Assembly: GCA_023898465.1 (NCBI GenBank)
Contig: CP060223.1
Span: forward strand, 864,001-928,000
Length of the DNA: 64,000 nt
Source of the DNA: Candidatus Nomurabacteria bacterium
GTDB lineage: Bacteria; Patescibacteriota; Patescibacteriia; HK-STAS-PATE-3
Direction: 5' to 3'
In this document: positions 9,273 through 21,600 of the stretch, piece by piece
Layout of the letters: every line of letters begins with the position of its first letter
Numbering within the stretch: position 1 is the stretch's first letter
Made by a program: the position numbers and the translations under genes
The notes under the pieces: model-generated
What the model saw: the letters and a program-made list of their open reading frames with translations, nothing else
What the model was told of the DNA's origin: nothing
The model's database searches: none

Positions 9273-10343
9273 CTAAAATGTTGCAGTGGCAATATAGGTA
9301 ATGTCAGTGGTATAAAGTCCAGCTTCTGTATTGGCCGCAATGTTTGCAATATAGAAAGCGCTAATGTTTTCTGTTGCCGTTGGGCCAGTCTCCGAGGCAA
9401 AAGTTGTGGTCGTACTTGCCACAAAGGCCCAGTCTCGGTTACCCGGAGTTGCATTATGATCATATCCTGATGCGATGGTGGCATCACCGTCAGTTGAGTA
9501 ACTTACTCCAAACTCTTCAGTTCCAGGGGTGCCGTCAGCATCATTTGTTATTGAAGCTACATTGATGGTATCACCGCCGCTTGTTAGGGTTGCGCCGTTA
9601 TAGGTAACGATGTAGCCATCAGTAGCATTTGTACCAACGCTAATGGTATGAGCAGCAGCTGAATCGCTTGCTGAACCGTTTGTATCACCTGTTGCCCAGC
9701 GTGCATTTGAGGCACTCAAGGTACCGAAGCCAATAGTCGTGTCGGAGAGAGAAAAAGTAATAGATGCATCAACTGTGGCAGTAACATTCACACTGTCATC
9801 AGTAACGAAATCAAGTGCAAATTTACCAGAATCACCAAAGTTACCAGCTAATTCAATCACATGTGTGCTCGTATCATTTGGGCTAGTAAGCTGAGCATTT
9901 CCGCTCGCAGCGTTATTACCGATCTGCACCTGCACACAGCGATCTGCGGTAATTTCTCCGCTCGTAGCATCTGTCGGAGGAGTCAAGGTAAGCACGCTCG
10001 AGGCAAATGCAGCACCCCAAGTGCCCGCAGATGCAGTAGCCGCTAGGGTTTTATCTGAGAAAGTGCCATCACAAGCGTTATCATCATCAACCGCCAAGTC
10101 GATATCCGTGAAATCAACCGAACCTACCGTGAAATCAGTAAAGTCGATAGTAATGGTATCGGTTGAAGCGTCAACTCCGGTAGGAGTCACAAAAAGAATG
10201 GTGTGATCAGCTCCAACATTTTGCGTTAACGTATCTAAAGTATCAGAAACACTGGTTAAACCAGCAGCTTTCACCTCATACACTGGCAGTGAAAAGGCGG
10301 AGATAATGACGAGGATGAGAGCGAAAATTCCGTACTTTTGCAT
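9273..10343 (-). CDS. Secreted Thr/Ser/Asp/Gly-rich protein, paralog 1 of three, with C-terminal domain shared with the giant protein
   Basis: Signal peptide. The sequence aligns along its whole length with the next two ORFs. The C-terminal ~170 aa (ITFSLSDTTIGFGTL...AGLYTTDITYIATATF) aligns with the C-terminus of 12669..22625. Confidence 0.6.
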   Translation of the reverse strand: MQKYGIFALILVIISAFSLPVYEVKAAGLTSVSDTLDTLTQNVGADHTILFVTPTGVDASTDTITIDFTDFTVGSVDFTDIDLAVDDDNACDGTFSDKTLAATASAGTWGAAFASSVLTLTPPTDATSGEITADRCVQVQIGNNAASGNAQLTSPNDTSTHVIELAGNFGDSGKFALDFVTDDSVNVTATVDASITFSLSDTTIGFGTLSASNARWATGDTNGSASDSAAAHTISVGTNATDGYIVTYNGATLTSGGDTINVASITNDADGTPGTEEFGVSYSTDGDATIASGYDHNATPGNRDWAFVASTTTTFASETGPTATENISAFYIANIAANTEAGLYTTDITYIATATF

Positions 10344-10353
10344 AGTCTATTGA

Positions 10354-11424
10354 TTAAAAAGTCGCGGTGGCAATATATGTTATGTCGGTCGTGTACAAAC
10401 CCGCTTCAGTAATCGCGGCAATATTTGCGAGATATCGTACACCAATAGTTTCGGTGTTGGTCGGCACAGTTTCAGAAATAATTGTTGTCGTGGTGCTAGC
10501 TACAAAGGTCCAATCAGGATCACCGTGAGCATAGCCCGTGGCAATGGTTGCATCTCCGTCGGTAGTAATGCTCAATCCAAACTCTTCTGAGCCTGGTGTA
10601 CCATTCGCGTCATTATTAATTGAAGCCACGCTTATGGTATCAGAACCACTCGTTAACGTCGCACCATTATAGGTAATTGCCCAGCCATCAGTCGCGTTGG
10701 TGCTAACTGCTAGCGTATGAGCATCGGCTGAATCAGATGAAGAACCATTAGTATCGCCGGTCGCATACGTTGCTGCGCTTGAACTCAAAGTACCAAATCC
10801 TACCGTGGTGTCAGAAATAGCAAAGGTAATGGAAGGATCAACAGTCGCGGTTACGTTAACACTGTCATCGCCAACAAAATCAAGTGCAAACTTACCAGAA
10901 TCACCAAAGTTACCAGCGATTTCTACTACATGAGTACTGGTATCGTTTGGGTTATTGATCTGGTTAGAGCCACCTGAGGCGTTGCTACCAATCTGAATCT
11001 GCACACAACGTCCAGCAGTAATTTCTCCTGAGCTTGCATCAGTAGGAGGGGTCAGCGTTAACACATCAGAGGCAATCGCTGCGCCCCAAGTACCAGCCGC
11101 CGCTGAAGCCGCTAATGTCTTATCACTCCAAGATCCATCACAAGCAGCATCATCATCAACAGCAAGGTCAATATCACCAAAGGCAACGCTCGTGGTAGTA
11201 AAGTCTGTGAAGTCGATGGTAATGGTATCAGTTGAAGCGTCGACACCAGTAGGAGTTACAAAGTAAATCTCATGGTTTGCGTCAACAGCTTGAGTTAAAG
11301 TATTCAGCGTGTCAGAAATACTCGTCAAATTGGCAGCAAAAACCGGTCGAGCTGGGAAGCTCAACACCGTTACAAAAACTGCTATGAGAATGGCTATTTG
11401 TATTTTTTGTAGCTTTCCGTACAT
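10354..11424 (-). CDS. Secreted Thr/Ser/Asp/Gly-rich protein, paralog 2
   Basis: Starts MYGKLQKIQIAILIAVFVTVLSFPARPVFA. The N-terminal ~40 codons and upstream DNA are near-identical to paralog 3. Same C-terminal ...AGLYTTDITYIATATF. Confidence 0.6.
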   Translation of the reverse strand: MYGKLQKIQIAILIAVFVTVLSFPARPVFAANLTSISDTLNTLTQAVDANHEIYFVTPTGVDASTDTITIDFTDFTTTSVAFGDIDLAVDDDAACDGSWSDKTLAASAAAGTWGAAIASDVLTLTPPTDASSGEITAGRCVQIQIGSNASGGSNQINNPNDTSTHVVEIAGNFGDSGKFALDFVGDDSVNVTATVDPSITFAISDTTVGFGTLSSSAATYATGDTNGSSSDSADAHTLAVSTNATDGWAITYNGATLTSGSDTISVASINNDANGTPGSEEFGLSITTDGDATIATGYAHGDPDWTFVASTTTTIISETVPTNTETIGVRYLANIAAITEAGLYTTDITYIATATF

Positions 11425-11427
11425 TCT
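11312..11427. repeat. 116-bp segment identical (1 mismatch) to 12497..12612: 5' coding end + upstream region of paralogs 2 and 3
   Basis: tcagaaatactcgtcaaattggcagcaaaaaccggtcgagctgggaa[g/a]ctcaacaccgttac...ccgtacattct is present at both sites. Confidence 0.7.
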
Positions 11428-11505
11428 GAAAGTAATATAGAGGCTAAAACTCTACAAAACAAGCTTTCTAGGTATTAGAATAGCATAAAATTGAGTTCTC
11501 GTCAA

Positions 11506-12609
11506 TTAGAAAACCGCAGTGGCAATATAAGTAATGTCGGTTTGATAAAGACCCGCTTCAGTTATAGATGCGATATTCGCAATATAATGCACAAAAATCG
11601 ATTCTGCATTAGTTGGCCCAGTTTCGCTTACAAATTCAGTTACCGTGCTCGCAACAAAATTCCAATCTGATAAACTCGGCAAAGTGCTGTTCCATTGATA
11701 GCCGGATGTGATAACTGCGTCGTCCGACTTATCTGCCGACAAAGCGAACTGCTCTGTTCCTGGTGTACCATTGCCATCATTACTAATAGTTGCAGGACTA
11801 ATGGTATCTGATCCACTTGTTAAAGTTGCTCCATAATATGTGATGGCATATCCGCTGGTAGCATTTGTGCTTACTGTTAAATTATGTGCCGGTGAACTAT
11901 TCGTCCCTGTACCGTTGCCATCACTAGTAGCATAACGAGCCGCGCTTGAACTCAAGGTGCCAAATCCTACCGTGGTGTCAGAAATAGCAAAGGTAATGGA
12001 AGGATCAACCGTTGCAGTTACGTTGACGCTATCGTCAGCAACAAAATCAAGTGCAAATTTGCCGAAGTCATCAATTGCTCCCAAATTTCCAAAAATATCA
12101 ACTACATGGGTATTGGTATCATTCGGGTTAACTAATTGAGCATTCCCTCCTGATGCATTTGTACCAATCTGAATTTGCACACATCGTCCTGCTGGAATTT
12201 CTCCACTTGTGGCATCTGTTGGCGCATCAAATATTATATATTCAGAGGAAAGCTGGTTCACCGAAACTCCCCATACACCTGCAGCATCTGAACTCGCTAG
12301 TGTTTTTTCTGTCCAAGACCCATCACATCCCCCATCATCATCAACGGCTAAATCAATGTCGGTATAATCAAGAGTTGAAAAACCAAAATTAGCGAAATCA
12401 AACCGATAATAGTCTGCGTCAGCATCTACACCAACTGAAGTAATAAAATAAATCTCATGATTTGCAGCAGTATTTTGAGTAAGCGAGCTTAACGTATCAG
12501 AAATACTCGTCAAATTGGCAGCAAAAACCGGTCGAGCTGGGAAACTCAACACCGTTACAAAAACTGCTATGAGAATGGCTATTTGTATTTTTTGTAGCTT
12601 TCCGTACAT
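11506..12609 (-). CDS. Secreted Thr/Ser/Asp/Gly-rich protein, paralog 3
   Basis: The start is set at MYGKLQK by analogy with paralog 2; the track ORF begins 6 codons upstream at 12627. The C-terminus is ...AGLYQTDITYIATAVF. Confidence 0.55.
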   Translation of the reverse strand: MYGKLQKIQIAILIAVFVTVLSFPARPVFAANLTSISDTLSSLTQNTAANHEIYFITSVGVDADADYYRFDFANFGFSTLDYTDIDLAVDDDGGCDGSWTEKTLASSDAAGVWGVSVNQLSSEYIIFDAPTDATSGEIPAGRCVQIQIGTNASGGNAQLVNPNDTNTHVVDIFGNLGAIDDFGKFALDFVADDSVNVTATVDPSITFAISDTTVGFGTLSSSAARYATSDGNGTGTNSSPAHNLTVSTNATSGYAITYYGATLTSGSDTISPATISNDGNGTPGTEQFALSADKSDDAVITSGYQWNSTLPSLSDWNFVASTVTEFVSETGPTNAESIFVHYIANIASITEAGLYQTDITYIATAVF

Positions 12610-12612
12610 TCT
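12497..12612. repeat. Second copy of the 116-bp repeat (see 11312..11427)
   Basis: See the first copy. Confidence 0.7.
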
Positions 12613-12668
12613 AGAAATCGAAAACATCCTAATGAATAAAACACTATAGAACTTAAGACGTCAACTGA

Positions 12669-15600
12669 CTAGAATTTGCCAGTTACCACGTAAGTGATAT
12701 CGGTTGAGTAACTTCCAGCTGGGGTCGTACCAGCCGCATTAGCAATGTAATATATGCTGAAATTCTCAGTGGCCGTGCTACCAGCTTCTGAGGCAATGGT
12801 TGTGGTGGTATTTGCTACAAAGGAATAATCAGCTGGCGAAGTAGCATCATAACCAGAGGCGATGGTTGCGTCACCGTCTGTGGTACACGCAATGCCAAAC
12901 TGCTCACTCCCAGGTGCGCCATCATCATCATTGGAAATAGTGGCCGCATTAATATCATCAGACCCACTGGTAAGTAATGGTCCATAATAGGTAAGCGCAT
13001 ATCCATCATCCGCTGAGGTACGGACTGAAATAGTATGCGCCGAGGTTTTTGTACCCGTGCCTGATGCATCGCCGGTCGCGTATCTGGCGCCAGAGGTACT
13101 TAGAGGACCAAAGCCAACGCTGGTGTCAGAAATACTGAATTGCACTGCGTCAAAATCCCAGTTAGTTGTGTTTTGGCAATCAATATTTGAAACATGACTT
13201 GAATCAATCAAGTCACCGCCAGAAGCATCAGACCGACCCACATTTACAAACTTCACTGTTTGCGCGCCACTCACGTCAAGCAACCAGGTACCTGAACCCA
13301 AGCTAGAATTACGGAAAATTATTTCACTGCCATATGTCTGCCCATCCCAGTTAATATCATTCATGGTATAGGTTGAGCCAGAGTTATACTCTACTTTTAC
13401 ATCACTCGTAGTAATAGTGTATTCACCTGCTGTAGTTGCTGCCGCCGCAAAATCAACTCCAGGGGTAAAGGAAGCTGAACAACCAGAATACGACCCACTA
13501 CTGTTTTCAATTGCTAAGTCATAAAATGACGAAGCGCTTGTCATTGTTCCGGATAACGTTTGTAGCGAGGAACCATCTAAAACAACTCGGCTATTACCAT
13601 GAGTAAAGGTGTCACTATTTGCCCAATCACCGGCCAAAGTCAGCTCAGGTGAAAAGGCTGTAGAATTTACTTTTTGCTTTGTGCCACCTTCGTTTACACG
13701 TAAGGCAACCTGAGTTGGACTTGATCCTCCGCAAGAAGGAATAGCCAACCATATGGCAAACTCTACATAAAGCACTTGATTAGTAAGCGTTTCTTCTGGG
13801 ATGCCAGTAATAAAAATGGCATAGTCATTCGTTCCTGTGCTTATATTCACATTTTTCCATCCTGAGATTGCAACCGGATTTGCTAAGTCAGCATCAGCCT
13901 TCCATAATCTTGCGTTCACTTGACGTCGTCCGTATGAGCACGATCCGGCAGTATAGACCGTTGTGATATCTACCGACCAGGTACCAGCAGCGAAGGTTCC
14001 AGTAATTGGCTGACCATTGTTAAGCATCCATCCGGTATTAGTGATAGCACTCGGAATGCTTCCATCCCATGTGGTACTTGTATTCCCTGGCACAAAAGTA
14101 CAATATCCACTTTGACCTGTGCCGGTATCGTCGCATTTCGTCGTATCATTCGATGAGCCACTCGGGTCAACCGGCTTCATGCGCCAGCTCGAACCATAAC
14201 CACTCGTGTCACTGGTCAAATACCACGCTGTAGGACCACTCAGATCAAAGGTTCCGCCAGTAATGTTTACATCTCCGTTTATATCAAGAGGATAAATGGT
14301 TTTATAGGTAGCGCTCCCCCCAGCATCGTTAAGCTCAAGGTTATTTAAATTAGTTGCCGCTAGAGATGACGCTTCACTAGTGTCGATATATTGCGTGCCG
14401 CTTGTAGCATTCAATACTAAGTTACCAGTCGACTCAATAATAGTATCATTGTTGGTAAAGTTGCCAGCAACATACAAAGTATTTGCTCCATTAAAATCAA
14501 AGGTGCCGCCATAAATAGTGAGGTATCCATTGACATCCATGTCAGTCAGGAGATTCCACTCAGCCCCACCGCCGCTATCATTAAACTCAACATTATTAAA
14601 GAAGTCACTCCCTGTTCCATCTGCATCTATATCATAGGTACCGCTGCCCGCCTGGAAAAGCACATAGCCCGATGTATGAGAGAATGTACCATCGTTGTTC
14701 CAACCTCCACCTAATATCACAAATGATGACCCCACACTCAGGGTACTATTATCAATATGTACATCAGCTGCCTGAGTGGTAATGTTGCCGGCTGGCGCAT
14801 AGGTATCACCATTCCAAATATGCAGCTCAAAACCCGAATCAAAGGTTGCCGCTGATCCTGAAACACTATATTTAATATCATCGTCACCACTATCGCCGGT
14901 ATTTAGATTGGCGTTACTGATTGATCCAGTATCAGCTCGAACAATGACTGTATTCTGATACAGATCTATATCTGTCTTTGCCACACCATCAGACACAAGC
15001 ACAGTTGTTGCCTCCTCTGTTTCGTCATCGAGATATACAGTGACAATGTCGGTTGAGTTTGCTGGCACGCTTGTAATAGACCAAGCGCCGCTGCTGTCGG
15101 TAATTTCATCAGTGTAACTACCACTACCATTCACTTTCAGTGTGACCGTTTTGTTTACACCGCTCCCATCAAGTGGTGTAGTCCCTTCATTAGTATAGGC
15201 AATACCCGAAAGGTTAATGCCAGCCGCAAAAAGCCAGTTGGTGTTGTTTAGACAGTCAGTGTTTGTACCATCAGAAGCATCAATCTGATCACCACTAGAA
15301 GCGTCAGATCGGCCAACATTCACATAGGAAACTGCAGTTTGAGTACCCGAAACATCCAGCAGCCAAGTACCTGAACTTAAATTAGAGTTTCGGAAGATAA
15401 TATCATTACCAGTAGAAGCGCTCCAGTTAATATTTGTAATTGTATAAGTGGATCCGGAATTATATTCCACCTTCACGTTATTAGTCGTGATGGTGTAGTT
15501 ATTGCTTACTGTTGCGCTGTCAGCAAAATCAATACCGGGAGTGAAAGAGGTTGAACAACCTGAGTAGCTACCTGAACTGTTGGTAATGCTAAGATTATAG

Positions 15601-18600
15601 AAAGATTCTCCATCAGAGGTTATTGTTTGCGTCGAGGACCCATCAAGAATAACAGTTGACTGATCCGCGGTGAAAGTAGCGCTCCCACCAAAAATCATGC
15701 TCCCAGCTACATTAATTGTTGTTTCATCAGTCTCAACATCATCAGTGGCATCAAGTGTCCCATTAATAGTGAAAGTACTGTTAATATCCATTTCATATCC
15801 ATTAGTGTATAGGGTATCACCGGCGGCGATCGTTAAACTCAAGTAAGTCATATCAGTACCTAAGTTCAAACTGTCAGGAGAGGTACCAACCTGGACATTA
15901 CCTTGATTCTGCTTTGTCGCATTATTATCGTAAGCAAAAACATCTGCATCAAAAATCATTGTTCCACTACCAGTCGGACCGGTAAAAAGACCTCCGCTCG
16001 CCAAAGTGAAATCGCCAGCGATATTCATATTGACATTAGCATCGGCAGTGAAGCTCCCTGCGCTAACATCAAAAGTGCCATTCACATCCATGGCATCGGT
16101 ATTACTAATACTGCCACCAGTCACATCAAAATTTTGCAGGGCGGTAGTCGCCGATGTGAGCGTCTTTGACGTGCCATCCATCTCAAGGATGTTACCTGTA
16201 GAAATAGTAGTGGTCCCATCACTTAAATCAATATTTCCCGAGACGGACCAAGTGCCTGCTCCAGTAACTATCTGACCGTTACTCGAACCAAGCTTCACAT
16301 AAGAGACATCACCTGTAATTGAAACATCAGGGTCATTGTTATCACCGGTTAATGCAACAACTTGATTGTCTTCAACGGTTACTATTAAGGATCCGCTAAT
16401 AGTATGCGTACCAGCGCCCATATCGACCAACACACTAGTGAAGGAGGTGCCATTTGTATACACTTCTACATCATTACCGTAGGTACGAGCCGGCATGGTC
16501 ATATTACCTCCAGCACCAGCATCAAAACGAACAACTGAGGAGAGGGTGCCGCCTGTTGGAATTGTTGTCGTTGTTGCTACGGTTAAGCGTCCCGCTCCAG
16601 TAATTGAACCTGATAAAGTAAAACTTGACCCGGACCAGGTAACGGTACGACCTGATGAAATGCTTAAGGTGTCACTACTAGAAACAACTAAACTATTCGT
16701 AATCTCCACATCGCTTGTCTGCACGGTGATCGTGCCTGTTGAGCTAGGATCAACTGTAAAATTATACAGACTGTTTCCACCACCGCTGAACGTTTCTGCT
16801 GTTCCAGTCATTTTTAAATCCGCTGTAGAAACGACACTATAGGTGCCGTCCTGAAAATCAATACTACCCGCCACACTCCATGCGCCAGTGCCTGGCTCAA
16901 GGTCCTCGGTGCCTGTACCAACACCTGTGAAATCAATATCTCCTCCAATAGTAACAGTTGGGTTATTTGTTGAACCGTAAAAGTGAATATCACTACCATT
17001 TGCCGCGTTTAGAGTGAAATTATCTGATACAATAATACTGCCGGATCCACCAGTCACACTCGTCGTGCCGCCAAAAGGAGCGTTATTGTAAAGTTCCACA
17101 TAGCCTCCGTAGGTCCTCGCTGACATTGTCTGGTTATTACTCGTGGCATCAAAGCGTAGATTTGCTGAAAAGGTTCCAGTCGTGGGGAAGGCGGTAGTAG
17201 ATGTATAGATAAGTAAGCCAGCTCCTGAAATAATGCCTGATAAGGTTAAGGTGGATCCGCTATGTGTTAAGGTACGGCCGGTATCAATAACGAGTTGATC
17301 ATTTGATCCGACATCTAAAGTGCCACTCACTGTCAGGTCCGAAGTTTGCAAAGTGGTGGCTCCGCCAAATAGTGCATCAATGGTGAGATTATAAAGAGTG
17401 TTTCCGCCTCCAACTATAGTCACAGCGGTGCCGCTCATAACAACGGTTGAAGTTCCAGCTGTTACTGTTCCACCAGCCATATTAAGGTTGCCAGTTATGT
17501 TGTGACTTTCACTAGAAAGAGTAACAGTGCCTGAGAGCGTGAGATTTTTATATATGTTTCCTGCAATTGTTAGCGTCCCACTCCCATCCATCACTAGTGT
17601 ATTTGTACCTTCAATGGTATAGGTGCCGTTCGTAAAGTCAGCGCTACCTGAAACAGTCCAGGTCCCGGCCCCTGAGGTAATTGTTTCAGTTCCAGCCCCT
17701 GCTCCAGTGATAAAGTCTAGATCGCCTCCGATATTTACATCAGGATCATTGGTAGCCGCATCAACCGTAACAGAACAGTTACTGTATCCTTCGATTTCAA
17801 GATTTCCATCAATCGTAATGGTCTGACTACCCGCAGATCCAAAATTAACTTCTCGAGAACTCAGACCGCAGTCAGCCTGAATATAGATACTACCCCCAAA
17901 GGTTCTGCCTGGAATAGTATGGTCAGCGGTTGTTGGGTAAAAGAAAACATTCGCGTCCATGGTCCCGGTGGACGGAAAAGTTGCTGGGGTATAGTAATAG
18001 ACATACGCATTACCGCTGATGGTTCCGTTCAACACGAGTGAGGTGCCGGTATCATTATATAAATCAAAGTAAGACCCTGACTGAAGTGCTGCTTCATCAT
18101 TCGCGGCAACGGTTAAGGTATTATCAACAGCCACGCCATCATTAATAGTGATCGTCCCTGCCGAGCTGGGATCAATCTCTAAATCATAGAATGTGGCGCC
18201 ATTTGCCCAAATATTTCCACTAGTGCCAGTCATGACAAAGGTATGCCCAGTGGCAATATTTGTTGCCCCAGGGTCACGGAGATCAAGATTACCGCCGATC
18301 GACCAGGTACCACTACCGGTCGTAATATGTTCAAAAGAGCCTGGTCCATCTTCACGATCTAAATCGCCACCAATAACCAGATCGGGATTCCAAACCGAAC
18401 CATCTATAGTTGCCGATGAACTCTGCGCATAAATTAAAAAGCTTCCGTTAATAGTAATGGTTTGTGAGGCAGCACTCCCTAATATCAACTTATAAGAAGA
18501 AAGACCTCCTTGATAGTATTCCACATCACCCTGGTAGGTACGTGCAGTCATGGTTCGATCAGCAGATCCAGAATAGTACTGCAGTAACGCGCTAATAACT

Positions 18601-21600
18601 CCCGTTGTAGGGAAGAGTTCGCTTGTCTTATAAATAACTTTTCCAGATCCTGAAATTGTACCGTCGAGAGAGATCGCCGTTCCTGTTGTCCTAATTAAAT
18701 TAACAGTCCGGCCACTATCAATTACTAATTCACCATTACTCGAGACAGTTAATACCTCTGAGATTGAAAAATCAGAAGTCTGCATAGTAATTGTTCCTGC
18801 AGAGCTTGGACTAATACTAAGATTACGTAGGGTGCGATTATCTGCCACAATGGTATTACTCGTACCCGTCATAACAAAGAGATTTCCAGATGATGAGCTT
18901 AAATTACCATTGGAGAAATCAATATCCCCTCCAACAGTCCAAGTGCCACTGCCTGTTAAAATATATTCCTGCCCGGACCCAACCCCAATATACAAAAGAT
19001 CACCGCCTATGTTTACGGTAGGATTATAGGTGGTGCCATAAATATATTGGTAATTGGTACCTGCAGCATTTATCCATAAATCACCGTCGATGGTTACTGT
19101 TTGACCTGACGAACTGCCCATATACATCACACGAGCAGTGCTTCCACTGTTGTACGCTTCCACACTACCTCCATAGGTACGACCACTTAAACGAGGATTT
19201 CCGTTAGTTGTATCCATGCGAAGATTCACGCTGATAGTGCCTGTAGTAGGAAAGTTAGTTGTCGACGCATAGCTCACCCATCCACTACCACTTAAAATCC
19301 CGTTGAGCGTAAGCACGGTGCCTGTTGTCTTTGAGAGCGTTATAAATACAGCGCTATCTAAACTAAATGTGTCGCTGGTTTGGACGGTCAAAGCGTTGCT
19401 AATGGTGAAGTCATTAGTGTTCGCAGTGATAGTTCCAGTTGAGCTTGGATTAATAACCACATTATAGTGTTGCTGATCGGTATTGAAGGTATTGCTGGTG
19501 CCGGTCATTGTGAGCGTACTAGTATTACTCGTCAGCCCTCCACTGCTTGTCATGGTGTAATTTCCTCCTACGGAAATACTGGCCGAACCAGCATATACAA
19601 CCGCGCCGCTTGAAGTATGAGAGAAATTTCCACTGATTGTTACAGGTGTTTTAGTAATCGTGAGACTGCCGGACATGCTCGTCACTGAAATGCTTGCCAC
19701 GGTTGCAACCGCACTAGTATCCCAGTCCGAGTTATCATTACTGGTACCGTCAAAAATTATATCGTCACTGGTGCCTGGACATGTATCGTTATTCCAGTTT
19801 GCACATTCAGACCAGCTGGCAGTTGTTCCATCACCATCCCATGTCTTGGTTGCGTCAGCCGCGATCTGCCAGAGTCGAGCTTCAGTAAACGCAATGCTCT
19901 CATCTCTACGAGTAAACTGCAGCGGTCCCAACTGATAGAAGAATGGTGAAACATTTGGTGCATCAAAAGTGTAAGCAAGGGTATATTCCTCTCCTGCTAG
20001 CCAATCCACTTCCCATTGAATAATGCGATGTCCATCTTGCGGATCACTTACCGTGCCATCGCCACTGATAGCACTTATCGCAAAGGTATCCGGAACCTCT
20101 TCGGTAACTATTCCCTGAAAACCCTCGCTAGTTTGAACGGTAAACTGTACCGGGTATTGAGCGGGAGGATAAATGCGTGTAGGAAACTCTGTGCGCTGTA
20201 CTGAAAAAGGCACTACATCCGCCAGAGAAAAATGATCTTGAATTTGTCGCGTGCCATCCTTGGTAGTGGCTTGTACATCAACTTGATATTCACCTTCTTG
20301 AGTCCCAGTGTAGAAGAATGAATAATCCGGCTCGTTTGTCACGCTTTTATCTACACAATCAGGGTTCTTTTCAATCGTCGCGTCGCTGGTATGAAATACT
20401 GAGGCACTGCCTGATGGATCAGTTACGGTGACATCAATATTTGCATCGCAAACTGTTCGCCCTAAATCATCCACTACTGCTAAGTGCACTTTTTGTGCCG
20501 TGTTTGTCGGGGCTAAAGACTGTCGTACATTTACTGCTACTACGCCCCAATAAAAAGTTTGTGTAAGCACTTTATCTTCCCCTAAGGCAGTCGTCGCAAT
20601 CTCAACTTCATACTTACCTGGTCGCCCAAAATCAGCTTCACTGAAACGAAGCTCTAGCTCCCCCTCAGCAGTGAGTACTTCACTCGGATCAGATTGAATT
20701 TCTTCACCAACAGGCGTACGCAACTTCACCTCTTTAACTAAAACAGTTGAGACGGGTGATTGCTTTGTTGTCTCAACCGGGTGCATCGCTTTCAGTTTCA
20801 TCACCGGCTCTTCATCAGCTTGAATAACCTGTGTTTCAGTTTCCAAACTTAGATCATCGCTAGAAGGAAGTGGGATAAAGATGGGTGTTTCATTTGTCCT
20901 TTCATCTACGTGTAGCTGCCACGCGTGCTGCTCAGACCAGCTACTTCCATAGGTCTGATTATTTCGAAACTCGGCAAAGCCATCGGCACGAAGCGGACCA
21001 AGAACAAAAGATTGAGGTGTCTGCTCCGGGGCTTTCACGACATAGGAGAGGCTAGCTGATTCACCTTTTTTCCAAACTACAGACCACTGCAACTCATCGC
21101 CAATTTGCTTTCCCCCTTGCCCAACACTACTTATTTTTAAATTGGCAGGTATGGGCTCTACAACGGTGCCAATATAGTCGTCTCCAACCACAAATTCTAA
21201 AAAGACATCGTAACTCTGTTTAGGCACCAAGCGGGTTGGAGCGATTCGCGTCAGCTGCAAATTTGTCTGCTCAACAACCTCTAAAGTGCTTTGCGCTCGA
21301 TATGTGCCAGCGTATGAGGATGCATCTAAGCGTATTCGATACTCGCCAACTTCATCGAGAGGAAAGGAGGCCAAATAATCGGCCACGCTACTCACTACAT
21401 CAGGACTGCAGTCCTCTGAGCGCTGGATACCTTCAGTCAATGCATAGTCATTGTGCACACCTGATGGTGAAATCGTCTCAATATGCACATCCGCATTGCA
21501 AATTGTCCTACCATTATTATCAAGAAATCCTAGGGAAAGTTGCGCAGTATCATTTAATTGATAGACTGATCGAGCGTCGTTCATAATAACCACTCCCCAG

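Noticed and set aside
9273-12627. Tandem repeated units considered as a possible CRISPR or other non-coding repeat array
   Set aside because: The repeats are ~1.1 kb, protein-coding with signal peptides, and diverged. No short regular repeat-spacer structure exists anywhere in the window.
9273-13200. Identification of the shared C-terminal domain as a WxL domain
   Set aside because: The architecture is analogous, but the two conserved W-x-L motifs are absent: the only conserved Trp is in DW(A/T/N)FVAST, and it is Tyr in the giant protein. The analogy is kept and the family assignment is rejected.
15903-20204. Numerous 60-115-aa plus-strand ORFs (e.g. 15903..16169, 16495..16842, 18193..18432, 19660..19935)
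   Set aside because: All lie antisense inside the single 10-kb minus-strand giant gene, which has strongly biased, repetitive composition. They have no RBS or homology and are taken as spurious.
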